From the NCBI GenBank assembly GCA_021731045.1, contig JAKFYE010000026.1, forward strand, positions 32,027 through 96,026: 64,000 nucleotides of DNA, written 5' to 3'. Within the stretch, counting starts at the first letter, position 1, and each line of letters begins with the position of its first letter. Below, piece after piece: positions 9,456-19,749 of this stretch. Below the pieces are notes generated by a model. The model did not search any database. It worked only from the letters and a program-made list of their open reading frames with translations, and was not told the origin of the DNA. This stretch comes from Bdellovibrionales bacterium. Its GTDB lineage: Bacteria > Bdellovibrionota > Bdellovibrionia > Bdellovibrionales > JAKFYE01. A program made the position numbers and the translations under genes.

Positions 9456-10826
9456 TCACTTAATCCAAACCGTTTTGATATTTGCAAACTCTAGCATTCC
9501 GTAACGGCTCATTTCTCGGCCAACGCCTGAGTTTCGAACTCCGCCAAAGGGAAGCAACGGGTTTGATTTTAAATACTCATTCACAAAGACAGACCCAGAA
9601 TCGACTTCGACTTCTGCGAGTCTTCGCGCTTTTGTCATATCGGTCGTGAAAATCGCGGCACCTAAACCAAATTCGCTTTGGTTAGCTAATTCGAGCGCAT
9701 GGGTTTCGTTTTTGGCACGAATTAAAACGCACACCGGGCCAAAAAGTTCTTCGTCAAAGGCCGCAACTCCTGGTTTCACATCGGTCAAAACTGTCGGGGC
9801 ATAAAAAAAACCATTATTAATGTTGAGGCTTTCTCCTCCTAAAAGCAGACGTGCCCCTGACTTCACGCTATTCTTTACTTGGGTCGCGAGTTGATCCATT
9901 AAATCTTTGCGCGCTAAGGGCCCCACATGCACATTTTCATCGAGAGGTGATCCCGTTTTAAGCACGCTCACTTTAGAAAGAACTTTTTCTTGGAATTTTT
10001 CAAAAACCTCATCCACAACGATAAATCGTTTCGCCGACACGCAACTTTGTCCCGCATTAACGAAACGACCCTTCACACATTCGCTAGCGGCCAATTCGAT
10101 ATCGGCATCTTCCAACACAATGTACGCATCACTCCCTCCAAGTTCGAGGACGACTTTCTTAAGTGCCTGCCCGGCACGACTCGCAACCTCACGACCGGCG
10201 CGCACGCTTCCGGTTAGGCTGACTCCGCGCACGCGAAAATCATCGATCACGCGACCGGTATCCGCCAAATTAAGAATCAGATTTTGATACACATGTTTAT
10301 TGAGACCCGATTCATTAAAAATCTGTTCGATAAGTAATGCCGATCCCACAGTGTTATCGGCATGCTTAATCAAAACGGTATTGCCAAGTATAAGTGTCGG
10401 AATCGCAAAACGTATAATCTGCCACAGCGGAAAATTCCAAGGCATGATACCTAAGATTGGCCCCATAGGTTGAAATGTAATGTAACTTTCAGTTGCCTGA
10501 GAATTTATAATTTCATTTTTAAGAAAACTCGGGCCTTGTTTTGCAAAGTATTCGATCAGCGCTATACTTTTTTTAATTTCAGCTTGTGCCTCTGCAATGG
10601 GCTTTCCCATTTCGATAGTCATTTTTTCTGCAAGACTTTGAAGGTTTTTTTCTAATGCCGCTTTGAAACCTAAAATCATTTCGGCACGAAATTCGACACT
10701 TTGGCACCGCCACCTTTTATAGGCGTCTAAACTATTGGCAATTTTATTGTGTGCGGTTTGCAGACTCTCGTATTCGTATTCTAATATTTTCTGTCCCGTA
10801 GCGGGATTTATTGTTGAAAATTTCAT
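9456..10826 (-). CDS. NAD(P)-dependent succinate-semialdehyde dehydrogenase-like aldehyde dehydrogenase (Sad/GabD1 type)
   Basis: IMPWNFP, LTGS, LELGGSD, GQSCVSAKR, EELFGPV, PFGGVRNSG motifs; 456 aa. Confidence 0.9.
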   Translation of the reverse strand: MKFSTINPATGQKILEYEYESLQTAHNKIANSLDAYKRWRCQSVEFRAEMILGFKAALEKNLQSLAEKMTIEMGKPIAEAQAEIKKSIALIEYFAKQGPSFLKNEIINSQATESYITFQPMGPILGIMPWNFPLWQIIRFAIPTLILGNTVLIKHADNTVGSALLIEQIFNESGLNKHVYQNLILNLADTGRVIDDFRVRGVSLTGSVRAGREVASRAGQALKKVVLELGGSDAYIVLEDADIELAASECVKGRFVNAGQSCVSAKRFIVVDEVFEKFQEKVLSKVSVLKTGSPLDENVHVGPLARKDLMDQLATQVKNSVKSGARLLLGGESLNINNGFFYAPTVLTDVKPGVAAFDEELFGPVCVLIRAKNETHALELANQSEFGLGAAIFTTDMTKARRLAEVEVDSGSVFVNEYLKSNPLLPFGGVRNSGVGREMSRYGMLEFANIKTVWIK

Positions 10827-10935
10827 GAAGACCTCTATCCTAAATGTGGCTTATGAGGAAGAATCTGTCCATATTTAGCCACGGCTATTAAGAATATGAC
10901 ATAAATTTCTAAAATGATTCTCGAGGATTCAAAAC

Positions 10936-13197
10936 ATGAAAGCGTTTTTTTTCTTATGTTTACTTGTGACGGGCTGCTCTGAAATACCGGGAGAAAAACC
11001 AATAACAATGCCCGTCGAATACGCTTCAAAATTTCGAGGATTGACGGCCAAAGTTTGGCAAGACTCCAATCAACACACGCATGTCAAATCGGAGACAGAT
11101 TTAGGCATGACCATAGCACTGGGGTATGTTCACGGGCGCGACCGTGCTTGGCAACTTGATTATTATCGGAGAGTTGTTCAAGGCCGAACCGCCGAAGTTC
11201 ATGGCTATTATAAACTCAGACCCGACATGATGATGAGATTAATCAACCTCTACGATCAAGCAGCTAAAATTCAACATCAATTAGATGCCCAAACTTCAGA
11301 ATGGCTTTGGGCTTATGCCTTTGGAGTGAACAAAGCTTTTAGCGAACTCGATTTTAGTAAAATATATGAATTCAAAAAATTAAAATACAAACCTTCCCCG
11401 TGGACCCCGACCGATACAATCGCCTTAATGCTTCTTCAAAGTTTTGATCAAACGCGAGATACGTTTTTAAAAGAAATGCGGGAGAGCGCCTGGTTAAAAA
11501 AAATGGGCGAGAAAACACCTTTTATCGATGACGGTTTACCGTGGGATACCGCCATCTTAAAAAAAGGAGAATATCAGAAGTTCGCCACTACAAAAAACGC
11601 CTCAATTGAAAAACCACGTCCTGCAGAATGGACGCACACGAACACACAGGATTTTAATTCTTATTTTGGTTCAAATGATTCTACAAGTTTAGGTAGTAAC
11701 AACTGGGTGATCTCTCCAAAAAGAAGTGAGACTAAAAATGCCTTTCTTGAAAACGATCCCCATCTTCAACTCCGCCATCCTTCATTTTGGTACTGGGCCC
11801 ATATTCAAGGACCTGACCTCAACGCGATGGGAGCCACTTTTCCGGGAATACCCACGATCACCAGTGGATTTAATGAAACCGCCGCTTGGGGTTTAACAAA
11901 TGCGTATCTCGATGCAGGAAAAATTTCTTATATTTCTGAAGACCTGTTAGTGAAAGCACAGTCGCTAAGACCGATGGTGTGGTTAAATTTTTATGGCTTT
12001 AAAATACCTTTTTTCTTTAAAACTTTTAGACGTCTTGACGGTCATCCCATATTACCTCTTGAAGCGCCGCCCGGAAAGGCAATGATCTTAGATTGGACAG
12101 GTTTTGGAATCGGTCCGGAACAAATAGCGGCTCTCCATACGGTGACTTATGCTAAGAGCGTTCAAGACACTTTGGCCGCATTTCAAAAGTTAAATATCCC
12201 AAGTTGGAATTTTGTTTTTGCAGATTCAAAAGGCAACATTGGCTACCTGGCCACGGGGCCTGCACTTAAAAATCTCGAAACCACTCCTTATGGGGTGACC
12301 GAGCTTAAACACGGTCAAAACTTAAACCACGAATTACTTGAGAAAAAAGAAATGCCTCAACTGATCAATCCGGAGCGCGGGTACATTGTAACTGCGAATA
12401 ATCGACAATGGCCGGTCGGCTCCAAATGGCACGGAGGCTACACCTATCGCACGTCTTTTCGCGCGTTTCGCATAGAAGATTTACTTTTAAAAAAAGCAAA
12501 ACACGGCTTTGAATCTTTTAAAAATATTGCCTGCGATATCTACAATACGGATGCCTCATTTATAGCACCGCTATTAATTTCTAACCTTGAGCGCGCAACT
12601 CTAACAGATTTCGAGCAATCCGCAGTGAATGAACTAAAAAAATGGAATTATCGCTCAGACCTAGAATGTACCGCTTGCGGAATTTTTCGCCGCACGATGG
12701 ACCGTTTAATGGAAACCCTCGATGCCAACGACCAATTTATCTACCGCTGGTTAAAGAGTGGTAAACCAGAAGAGATCAGCAAAGTTTTACAGCCCGAATT
12801 TGCACAGGCGCTCAAAGATATCACGACCCCTTTTGGTCGCTTTCCAAAATGGCGCGAAATCCACCGCGTTTTTTTTCGCCACCCTTCTGATGATCCCCGC
12901 TTTTTAAATTCGCGATATATAGAAACTGAAGGTGACTCTAATACGGTCAACCCTGGGAGCTTAGAGTGGAAGACCGATCACTACGAACATACAGCAGGAG
13001 CATCCCAACGATTGATTGTAGAATTATCTAATCCTCCCCGTGCCATCGTTCAAGTTGCGGGCCATAACCTTGATGATGAGGTCCCCAATTTTGACTCTAT
13101 AGACTCAGGATTCAAACGCTGGTCCAAATGTGAATTTGTTGAAGTTCAATTTCCGTTGGATTGGGAAAAAGTCCCCGCGCGAGACATTCACTTTTAA
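10936..13197 (+). CDS. Penicillin acylase-family (Ntn hydrolase) lipoprotein
   Basis: Lipobox VTGC; GYVHGRDRAWQ alpha-chain motif; GSNNW beta-chain N-terminus; NDPHL; TANNR. Confidence 0.92.
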   Translation: MKAFFFLCLLVTGCSEIPGEKPITMPVEYASKFRGLTAKVWQDSNQHTHVKSETDLGMTIALGYVHGRDRAWQLDYYRRVVQGRTAEVHGYYKLRPDMMMRLINLYDQAAKIQHQLDAQTSEWLWAYAFGVNKAFSELDFSKIYEFKKLKYKPSPWTPTDTIALMLLQSFDQTRDTFLKEMRESAWLKKMGEKTPFIDDGLPWDTAILKKGEYQKFATTKNASIEKPRPAEWTHTNTQDFNSYFGSNDSTSLGSNNWVISPKRSETKNAFLENDPHLQLRHPSFWYWAHIQGPDLNAMGATFPGIPTITSGFNETAAWGLTNAYLDAGKISYISEDLLVKAQSLRPMVWLNFYGFKIPFFFKTFRRLDGHPILPLEAPPGKAMILDWTGFGIGPEQIAALHTVTYAKSVQDTLAAFQKLNIPSWNFVFADSKGNIGYLATGPALKNLETTPYGVTELKHGQNLNHELLEKKEMPQLINPERGYIVTANNRQWPVGSKWHGGYTYRTSFRAFRIEDLLLKKAKHGFESFKNIACDIYNTDASFIAPLLISNLERATLTDFEQSAVNELKKWNYRSDLECTACGIFRRTMDRLMETLDANDQFIYRWLKSGKPEEISKVLQPEFAQALKDITTPFGRFPKWREIHRVFFRHPSDDPRFLNSRYIETEGDSNTVNPGSLEWKTDHYEHTAGASQRLIVELSNPPRAIVQVAGHNLDDEVPNFDSIDSGFKRWSKCEFVEVQFPLDWEKVPARDIHF

Positions 13198-13932
13198 TTA
13201 GAGTTCCAACTCAACAAATAACGGCGTGTGATCCGAAAGATCTTGCGCCGAATCTAAGGTTTCACAATCATGAATTTTGATATTGCGTACAAAAATACGG
13301 TCTAAACTTAAAATCGGAAAAAAAGCCGGGAAGGTCTTTGCATACGCACCTGTTTGTTCAAAGAAAACTTCGGTCAACCCAGTTTCTTCTATAAGAAAAT
13401 CTGAAATTCGCCCAGACCAATCATTAAAATCTCCAGCAACAATCAGTGCGTGTTGGGGATCAATATTTTTTTTAATAAACTGACAAAGATACTGCGCTTG
13501 ACGACGTCTTCCACGTTCAAATAAATCAAAATGCAGGCAGATCAAATGCAGAACTTTTCTCTTAGGAACTTCGACTTTAGCGTATAAAAAACCACGACTT
13601 TCGAAACGATTGGTCGAAACATTCGTGTTGCTCCATTCTTGGATTGGAAAGTGACTTAGAATGGCATTACCGTGATGACCTTCATCATACACTGCATTTT
13701 TACCGTACGCATAATGCGCCCAGATCTGGTCAGCTAAAAATTCAAATTGCGAGGTGGTCGGCCACTCGCGGAATTTATTCTGGTGCTTATGGTTTTTGCC
13801 GACAACTTCTTGAAGAAAAACAATATCCGCTTTTACATCGCGAATCGAGTGCTTAACCTTCGAGAGAACCAACTTGGTATTAGCCCAAGAAAATCCTTTA
13901 TGAATGTTGTAGCTTAAAACTTTTATCTTCAT
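13198..13932 (-). CDS. Endonuclease/exonuclease/phosphatase (YbhP-like) protein
   Basis: SYNIHKG, LQEV, GNAILS, AGDFNDW, LDRIF, SDH. Start placed at the ATG overlapping the clsB stop (TGATG). Confidence 0.9.
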   Translation of the reverse strand: MKIKVLSYNIHKGFSWANTKLVLSKVKHSIRDVKADIVFLQEVVGKNHKHQNKFREWPTTSQFEFLADQIWAHYAYGKNAVYDEGHHGNAILSHFPIQEWSNTNVSTNRFESRGFLYAKVEVPKRKVLHLICLHFDLFERGRRRQAQYLCQFIKKNIDPQHALIVAGDFNDWSGRISDFLIEETGLTEVFFEQTGAYAKTFPAFFPILSLDRIFVRNIKIHDCETLDSAQDLSDHTPLFVELEL

Positions 13933-15068
13933 CAGATCCAGTATTTGAAAAGTAATAGTATCCGACCTAACCAATACTCATACCACGGATACGGTGCACC
14001 TTTTAGGATGAGATCACTCAATTTAAAGTCACGCTCTATGGCCATCTCTAATTTCTTTTTTTCTTCTTTTGTCTGAAAAATATAGTTGGCCTCGAGATCA
14101 TGAAGAATGCTACGAAAATTTAAATTCATGGACCCTACAATGTGCCAATCATCTAGAATCGCGGCTTTGGCGTGCAGCACGCTTGGTAAATACTCGTAAA
14201 TTTTTACGCCGCTTTCAATCAACACTGCATAGAATGAGCGCATAATCCAATGCATAAAAACGATGTCCACAGTTCGCGGAAGCAAAAGTCGAACGTCCAC
14301 ACCCGCTTCGGCTTGAGTTTTTAAAAGACGAATAAGTCTAGCGGTAGGAACAAAATAAGGCGTCACTAACCAGATTCGTGATTCACTTATTTTAATGTGA
14401 TTGAGCATTCGTTGTCGACTTAGAAAACGCGTACGAACGGAGTGATTTAGTAAAAAATAGCGATAAAATTTATCGAGTTTTGAAGATTGTTTAAGCCAAG
14501 CGAGTTTCATGTTTTCGCGTATAGAGTTTTGCCAGGCTTTTTCAAACTCCAAAGTTAAAAGCTTGACGCATTCTCCACGCACGCGCACGCCAAAATCACG
14601 CCATGCTTTCGCCCGGTGAATTTCAGAAAGATGAACATCCGAAATGTTATAACTACCTAAAAACGCCAGCTGTTGATCTATGATACAGACCTTACGATGA
14701 TTTCGAGAATTCATGCTGCCAAAGAGCTGAAAAAAAGTGGCCGGCCACCAGCCCGTTGAAATTTTAGTATTTCTTGTTGTCCAACGCTGCCAAGGAACAG
14801 GATGATAAATTTTAATATTTAGCTTTTCGATTTCATGATTATGGGTGTTTAAAAAGTTTAAGCTACCAACACCATCCACCATCAAACGAATCGTCACACC
14901 GCGATGAGCCGCGTCTTGCAACGTTTTTAAAACCCGATCGCCGATCGTTGATTTTTCAAAAATGTAAACTTCTAGATCGATACTCGAACGAGCTTCATTA
15001 CAAAACTGAAGAAGCGAAGAGTAATAATCATCTGCATTATCGAAGAACTCTTCGTCTTCCCATTCCAT
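13932..15068 (-). CDS. clsB: Cardiolipin synthase ClsB-like phospholipase D
   Basis: Two HKD motifs (HRKVCIID, HAKAAILD), TPYFVP, no N-terminal TM pair; linked to a YbhP-like EEP gene as in ybhP-clsB loci. Confidence 0.85.
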   Translation of the reverse strand: MEWEDEEFFDNADDYYSSLLQFCNEARSSIDLEVYIFEKSTIGDRVLKTLQDAAHRGVTIRLMVDGVGSLNFLNTHNHEIEKLNIKIYHPVPWQRWTTRNTKISTGWWPATFFQLFGSMNSRNHRKVCIIDQQLAFLGSYNISDVHLSEIHRAKAWRDFGVRVRGECVKLLTLEFEKAWQNSIRENMKLAWLKQSSKLDKFYRYFLLNHSVRTRFLSRQRMLNHIKISESRIWLVTPYFVPTARLIRLLKTQAEAGVDVRLLLPRTVDIVFMHWIMRSFYAVLIESGVKIYEYLPSVLHAKAAILDDWHIVGSMNLNFRSILHDLEANYIFQTKEEKKKLEMAIERDFKLSDLILKGAPYPWYEYWLGRILLLFKYWI

Positions 15069-15071
15069 TAA

Positions 15072-15779
15072 TTATAAATTCAAAATTTTGTTAATAGATT
15101 GTCCGTTTAATGAGCGTACGTGAAAGAGAACTCGCCCTTTTGGCGCATTTTCTATAGTTACGCTTTCAACAAATTTTTTCTCGTTGGTTGTACAAACTGA
15201 GCCGTCTTCTTCAACAATCGGCTGCAACACGATCGCGTCGGTCTCAACCGTTACGCGTACGGTTTTCATTCTTAAGCATGACTGTGCAAAGATGCCACTT
15301 AAAGTAACAACGGGATTTGCTCCACTGGTGTCGACCACAATGTCATCAACTGGGGCATATAAAAAATCATCTGGAGCCATCACTGTCGCTTTTGCAATAT
15401 TTAGAGATCCAGCTTTTTTTCCTGTCTCTTGGGTTTTATCGTGGACGTAAATGTCGTAAAGACCTGGAGACAAAACGCCGAGGTTCACGGACTTGCTGTA
15501 ATTCACAAGCATCATCATACAAATGGTACCGTTATAATGAAAAGCTTTGTCATTGATATCGATACGATGATTGACTTTGTCGACTCTAACTTTTGTCTCT
15601 GAAACTTTGTAACATGTGTTCGGAAATATTCCAGTCAGCACGAGTTGTGCATTATCGTTACTATCAAAACCGTTTAAGGTAAAAATATGTTGAGGTGCAA
15701 TATCTAAGACATCAACTGGAGCAGCTTTTACGTGCATTTGTAACAAGAAGACCGTTAAAAAGATCACAAGCGATTTCAT
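15072..15779 (-). CDS. Hypothetical secreted protein with paired Cys, two beta-rich domains
   Basis: AGGAGG RBS, signal peptide, GFDSNDNAQLVLTGIFPNTCY; repeated G-x-F-x-x-x-C motif. Confidence 0.75.
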   Translation of the reverse strand: MKSLVIFLTVFLLQMHVKAAPVDVLDIAPQHIFTLNGFDSNDNAQLVLTGIFPNTCYKVSETKVRVDKVNHRIDINDKAFHYNGTICMMMLVNYSKSVNLGVLSPGLYDIYVHDKTQETGKKAGSLNIAKATVMAPDDFLYAPVDDIVVDTSGANPVVTLSGIFAQSCLRMKTVRVTVETDAIVLQPIVEEDGSVCTTNEKKFVESVTIENAPKGRVLFHVRSLNGQSINKILNL

Positions 15780-15963
15780 TTTTGCCTCCTAGGCTGATTA
15801 AGTTCGAAAACGTACTTATATTTGAGAGATGGTGCGGCGTCTATAGGCGTGGTGAATTCTTAATTATGCATACCTTATTTGAGGTCTTTAGGCTCTTAGA
15901 ATCAAACTCTCAAGAGCATAAAAGTCCCTAGACTTTACGGGTCGCATCATGTAATTAAATTCT

Positions 15964-16908
15964 ATGCCTAATCTTAGACTCTTTACCGGTACCGCCACTC
16001 CCGATCTTGCTCGTGATATTGCAAAAGCGGTGGGAACGGAGCTCGGGCACGCGATCGTGAAACGCTTTGCAGATGGCGAAATCCAAATTGAAATTCAAGA
16101 AAATGTACGTGGTTCAGATGTTTATGTGATTCAAAGCACTTGCCCTCCAGCCAACGAACATTACATGGAATTGTTCATTATGATCGACGCTCTCAAACGC
16201 GCTTCAGCCGCGCGAATTACGGCGGTCATTCCTTACTACGGATACGCGCGCCAAGATCGTAAAGTCGCGCCACGAGCCCCGATTTCGGCAAAATGCGTGG
16301 CGGATCTTCTGACCGCGGCGGGCGCAAATCGTGTTCTTTGCGTCGATCTTCATGCCGCGCAAATTCAAGGTTTTTTTAATTGCCCGGTCGACCATTTATT
16401 TGGAATTCCTTCATTGGCTAGAGCTTGGAGAGAAATGTATGGCCAGGGCGACGAATTTGTCTGTGTGAGTCCTGATGCGGGAGGGGTGGAACGCACGCGA
16501 GCCTTTGCCAAAAGGATCGAAAGCCCGATTGCGATTATCGATAAGCGCCGAACCGGTCCAAATGAGGCTAAAGCCCTCCATTTAATCGGTGAGGTTCGGG
16601 GCAAAACGGCGATTATTTTGGATGATATGATCGATACCGCCGGCACCCTCACTCAAGCTGTTGACAGCCTTATTACAAATGGTGCAAAAAAGGTGATCGC
16701 CGTTGCGACCCACCCGGTTTTTTCTGGCCCTGCGATTCAACGAATCACAGATAGTCAGCTTGAACAGGTTGTTGTAACCGATACGATTCCTTTAAGTGAA
16801 GACGCGCGTAAATGTTCTAAGATCCATGTGATCACCATTGCTCCTGTCGTTGCTGAAGCGATCAAACGTATTCATGGCAACGAATCTGTAAGTTCGTTGT
16901 TCATTTAA
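15964..16908 (+). CDS. prs: Ribose-phosphate pyrophosphokinase
   Basis: FADGE, PYYGYARQDRK, VSPDAGG, DDMIDTAGT. Confidence 0.98.
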   Translation: MPNLRLFTGTATPDLARDIAKAVGTELGHAIVKRFADGEIQIEIQENVRGSDVYVIQSTCPPANEHYMELFIMIDALKRASAARITAVIPYYGYARQDRKVAPRAPISAKCVADLLTAAGANRVLCVDLHAAQIQGFFNCPVDHLFGIPSLARAWREMYGQGDEFVCVSPDAGGVERTRAFAKRIESPIAIIDKRRTGPNEAKALHLIGEVRGKTAIILDDMIDTAGTLTQAVDSLITNGAKKVIAVATHPVFSGPAIQRITDSQLEQVVVTDTIPLSEDARKCSKIHVITIAPVVAEAIKRIHGNESVSSLFI

Positions 16909-16952
16909 AAATTTTTAACGGTCCTATCAGAGGGTCCCGAAAGGTGGAAGGT

Positions 16953-17690
16953 ATGAAAGGCAATCAGCTAGAACTCCCAGTATCAACTCGCAGAACTGGA
17001 AAACATTTTTCTCGTCAACTTCGTATGAAAGGCCAAGTTCCTGGCGTTATTTACGGAAATAAAGTGGACACGCTTCAAGTAGCGGCCGAAGAAAAATTAA
17101 TAAAAAAATATTCGGCATCGGCGTTTGAAAACACAATTTTCAATATCACCTCAGCAGATGTAAAAGGCGCAAATAAATTACCCGTTCTTTTAAAAGCCAT
17201 CGACGTAGATCCGGTAACAAGACGCCCTGTACATTTTGATATGTACGTTGTGGATATGAACAAGACGGTTAAAGTTTACGTAGAATTACGTTTTGAAGGA
17301 AAAGCCATTGGACTTTCTGAGGGCGGACTTCTTCAAGCTATTATGCGTGAAATCGAAGTTGAGTGTTTACCAAAAGATATTCCTGACTTCATTGCTGTGG
17401 ATGTTACAAGTCTTAGTGTTCACCAAACCCTTCATATTTCTGAAATTACTTTACCTGCGGGCGTGAAAGCCGTTGCAACTAGCGATCTTGCTCTTGTGAC
17501 CGTAACGGTTGTTCAAGAAGAAGTTATTGCCGCTCCTGTTGCCGCAGCAGATGGCACGGCCCCTACTGCCGCTGAGCCAGAAGTTATCAAGAAAGGTAAA
17601 CAAGAAGAGGCCGGTGCTGAAGGCGCGGCCGCAAAACCTGGTGCCGCTCCAGCAAAAGCAGCCCCAGCAGCTAAGTCAGACAAGAAATAA
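16953..17690 (+). CDS. rplY: 50S ribosomal protein L25/general stress protein Ctc
   Basis: LR..GQVPGVIYG, HFD, second CTC domain, Ala/Lys-rich tail; position in prs-rplY-pth-ychF. Confidence 0.96.
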   Translation: MKGNQLELPVSTRRTGKHFSRQLRMKGQVPGVIYGNKVDTLQVAAEEKLIKKYSASAFENTIFNITSADVKGANKLPVLLKAIDVDPVTRRPVHFDMYVVDMNKTVKVYVELRFEGKAIGLSEGGLLQAIMREIEVECLPKDIPDFIAVDVTSLSVHQTLHISEITLPAGVKAVATSDLALVTVTVVQEEVIAAPVAAADGTAPTAAEPEVIKKGKQEEAGAEGAAAKPGAAPAKAAPAAKSDKK

Positions 17691-17718
17691 ATTTTATAAC
17701 TCTACAGGATCTAATTTT

Positions 17719-17746
17719 TTAAGCGCGTCGTGATCGACGCGCTTAA
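17719..17746 (+). terminator. Hairpin after rplY
   Basis: TTAAGCGCGTCG-TGAT-CGACGCGCTTAA, perfect 12-bp stem; no clear U-tail on + strand. Confidence 0.55.
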
Positions 17747-17767
17747 TATAAATGACTCAAGGTTATT

Positions 17768-18349
17768 ATGTGGGCAATTATCGGCCTTGGAAATCCAGGC
17801 ACTAAATACACTCTGACTCGACATAATATTGGTTTTCTAGCCGTTGATGCCCTCGCGCGGAGTTTTGGCGGAGAGATTACAAAATCAGAATTTAAAGCGC
17901 TGACTTTAAAATTAAAAGCCGACGAAGAAGAAATTATATTAGTAAAGCCGCAGACCTACATGAATCTTTCTGGAGAGTCGGTCGTACCTCTAATGCAGTA
18001 TTATAAAATTGAGGCCGATCATATTTTAGTTGTACACGACGAAGTGGACCTTCCATTTGAAAGAATGAAAATTCAGCGCAATCGTGGATCTGGCGGTCAC
18101 AACGGAATCAAAAGTATCTCAGAGCAATTGGGCCATCAGGATTATGCACGCTTGCGCTTAGGTGTAGGCCGACCTGCAAATACGAATATTCCGATTCCTG
18201 ATTACGTCTTGCAAAACTTTTTAGAAGATGAACAAAATAAATTAACAGACTTTCTGAATCTCGCAGGTGATGCGATTGAATCTTGCATCTTTGACGGCGT
18301 CGAACGCGCATCTAATAAATTTAATACAAAAACGGATGAGGTACATTAA
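17768..18349 (+). CDS. pth: Peptidyl-tRNA hydrolase
   Basis: GLGNPG, TRHNIGF, KPQTYMNLSG, GGHNG. Confidence 0.98.
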   Translation: MWAIIGLGNPGTKYTLTRHNIGFLAVDALARSFGGEITKSEFKALTLKLKADEEEIILVKPQTYMNLSGESVVPLMQYYKIEADHILVVHDEVDLPFERMKIQRNRGSGGHNGIKSISEQLGHQDYARLRLGVGRPANTNIPIPDYVLQNFLEDEQNKLTDFLNLAGDAIESCIFDGVERASNKFNTKTDEVH

Positions 18350-19449
18350 TGGCATTGCAATGTGGAATCGTCGGCCTACCTAACGTTGGTAAAAGCACAC
18401 TCTTTAATGCACTCACCAGCGCGAAAGCCGAAGCCGCTAATTACCCCTTCTGCACGATCGATCCAAATGTAGGCGTCGTGATGGTGCCAGATCCTCGGCT
18501 AGATAAAATTGGAAAGATCGTCCATACTCGAGTTTCGATTCCGACGACGATTGAATTTGTGGACATTGCGGGCATCGTGGCTGGCGCGAGTAAGGGCGAA
18601 GGTTTAGGCAATCAATTTTTAGCTAACATTCGTCAAACAGATGCCATTCTTCATGTGGTCAGATGTTTCGATGATCCAAATATTATTCACGTGAATGGGA
18701 GCGTGGATTCATTGCGTGATATGGACGTTATCAACACTGAGCTTTTACTGGCTGATCTTGAAAGTGTTGAAAAGCGTGCCGATAAAATTCGCAAACAAGC
18801 CAAAGGGGCAGCAGCGCAAGCACTTAAAGATGAACTTAATATTGTCGAAAAAGTTTTAACGGCATTGAATGCGGGTCTTCCGGCTCGCAGCGTAACCCCT
18901 ACTGATGATGAACTTCCGATTTTAAAAGGTCTTCATCTTTTGACCGCAAAGCCAGTGCTTTACGTTTGTAACGTGAACGAAACTGACTTTGCCGCCGGTG
19001 GAAACGACTGGTCAAAAAAAGTTGAGGCTCGCGCGAAAGAAGAAAATAACCGCACGATTTTAGTTTGCTGTGCGATGGAGGCCGAAATTGCGCAATTGTC
19101 TCCTGAAGAACGCAAAGAGTTTTTAGAAGCTCTGGGTGCAGAAGAGCCCGGATTAAATCGACTCATTCGCGGGGGCTACGAATTATTAAATCTGGCCACT
19201 TACTTTACCGCTGGCGAAAAAGAAACTCGTGCCTGGACAATCAAAAAAGGTTGGAAAGCCCCGCAAGCGGCTGGAGTCATCCACACCGATTTTGAAAAAG
19301 GCTTTATCCGCGCCGAAACGTACGCTTGCGAAGATCTCTTTCGCCTCGGCTCCGAAGCTGCCGTCAAAGACGCCGGCCTCTATCGCTCCGAAGGAAAAGA
19401 GTACGTCGTCAAAGACGGCGACGTCCTATTCTTCAAATTCAACGTCTAG
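18349..19449 (+). CDS. ychF: Redox-regulated ATPase YchF
   Basis: GIVGLPNVGKST, NYPFCTIDPN, DIAG, TGS C-terminus. Confidence 0.98.
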   Translation: MALQCGIVGLPNVGKSTLFNALTSAKAEAANYPFCTIDPNVGVVMVPDPRLDKIGKIVHTRVSIPTTIEFVDIAGIVAGASKGEGLGNQFLANIRQTDAILHVVRCFDDPNIIHVNGSVDSLRDMDVINTELLLADLESVEKRADKIRKQAKGAAAQALKDELNIVEKVLTALNAGLPARSVTPTDDELPILKGLHLLTAKPVLYVCNVNETDFAAGGNDWSKKVEARAKEENNRTILVCCAMEAEIAQLSPEERKEFLEALGAEEPGLNRLIRGGYELLNLATYFTAGEKETRAWTIKKGWKAPQAAGVIHTDFEKGFIRAETYACEDLFRLGSEAAVKDAGLYRSEGKEYVVKDGDVLFFKFNV

Positions 19450-19507
19450 AAAACACCTAAATACGGCCACTTAGCACAAACCCTTAAAAGACAAATTTAA
19501 GGCACCG

Positions 19508-19533
19508 CCAAAAGGTAGTAGGCACCTTTTGGC
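19508..19533 (+). terminator. Hairpin downstream of ychF
   Basis: GCCAAAAGGT-AGTAGGC-ACCTTTTGGC stem-loop. Confidence 0.45.
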
Positions 19534-19618
19534 ATAAACCTAACGTCATCTTACTAAAGGTACGGACATCCTTTTACCTTTCACGCGACCGAGCAACGAA
19601 GCGGATGCCCACGCGCAA

Positions 19619-19749
19619 CGGTAAAAACGAATTTAAAGATGGCAGATGCGAGGCGCGAGGAAGTAAGCGCGGAGGCGTGGTACTCTCACACCGCACAAGC
19701 GAACGACCGAGCAACGAAGCAGATGCCGTCTTTAAATTCGTTTTTACCG
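19619..19749. repeat. MITE/REP-like palindromic element (26-bp terminal inverted repeats, GC-rich core)
   Basis: CGGTAAAAACGAATTTAAAGATGGCA / TGCCGTCTTTAAATTCGTTTTTACCG (1 mismatch); right arm contains the oppC stop codon. Confidence 0.8.

Noticed and set aside
15780-15963. tRNA-Gln often found upstream of prs
   Set aside because: No cloverleaf or T-loop/acceptor stem arrangement is recognisable.
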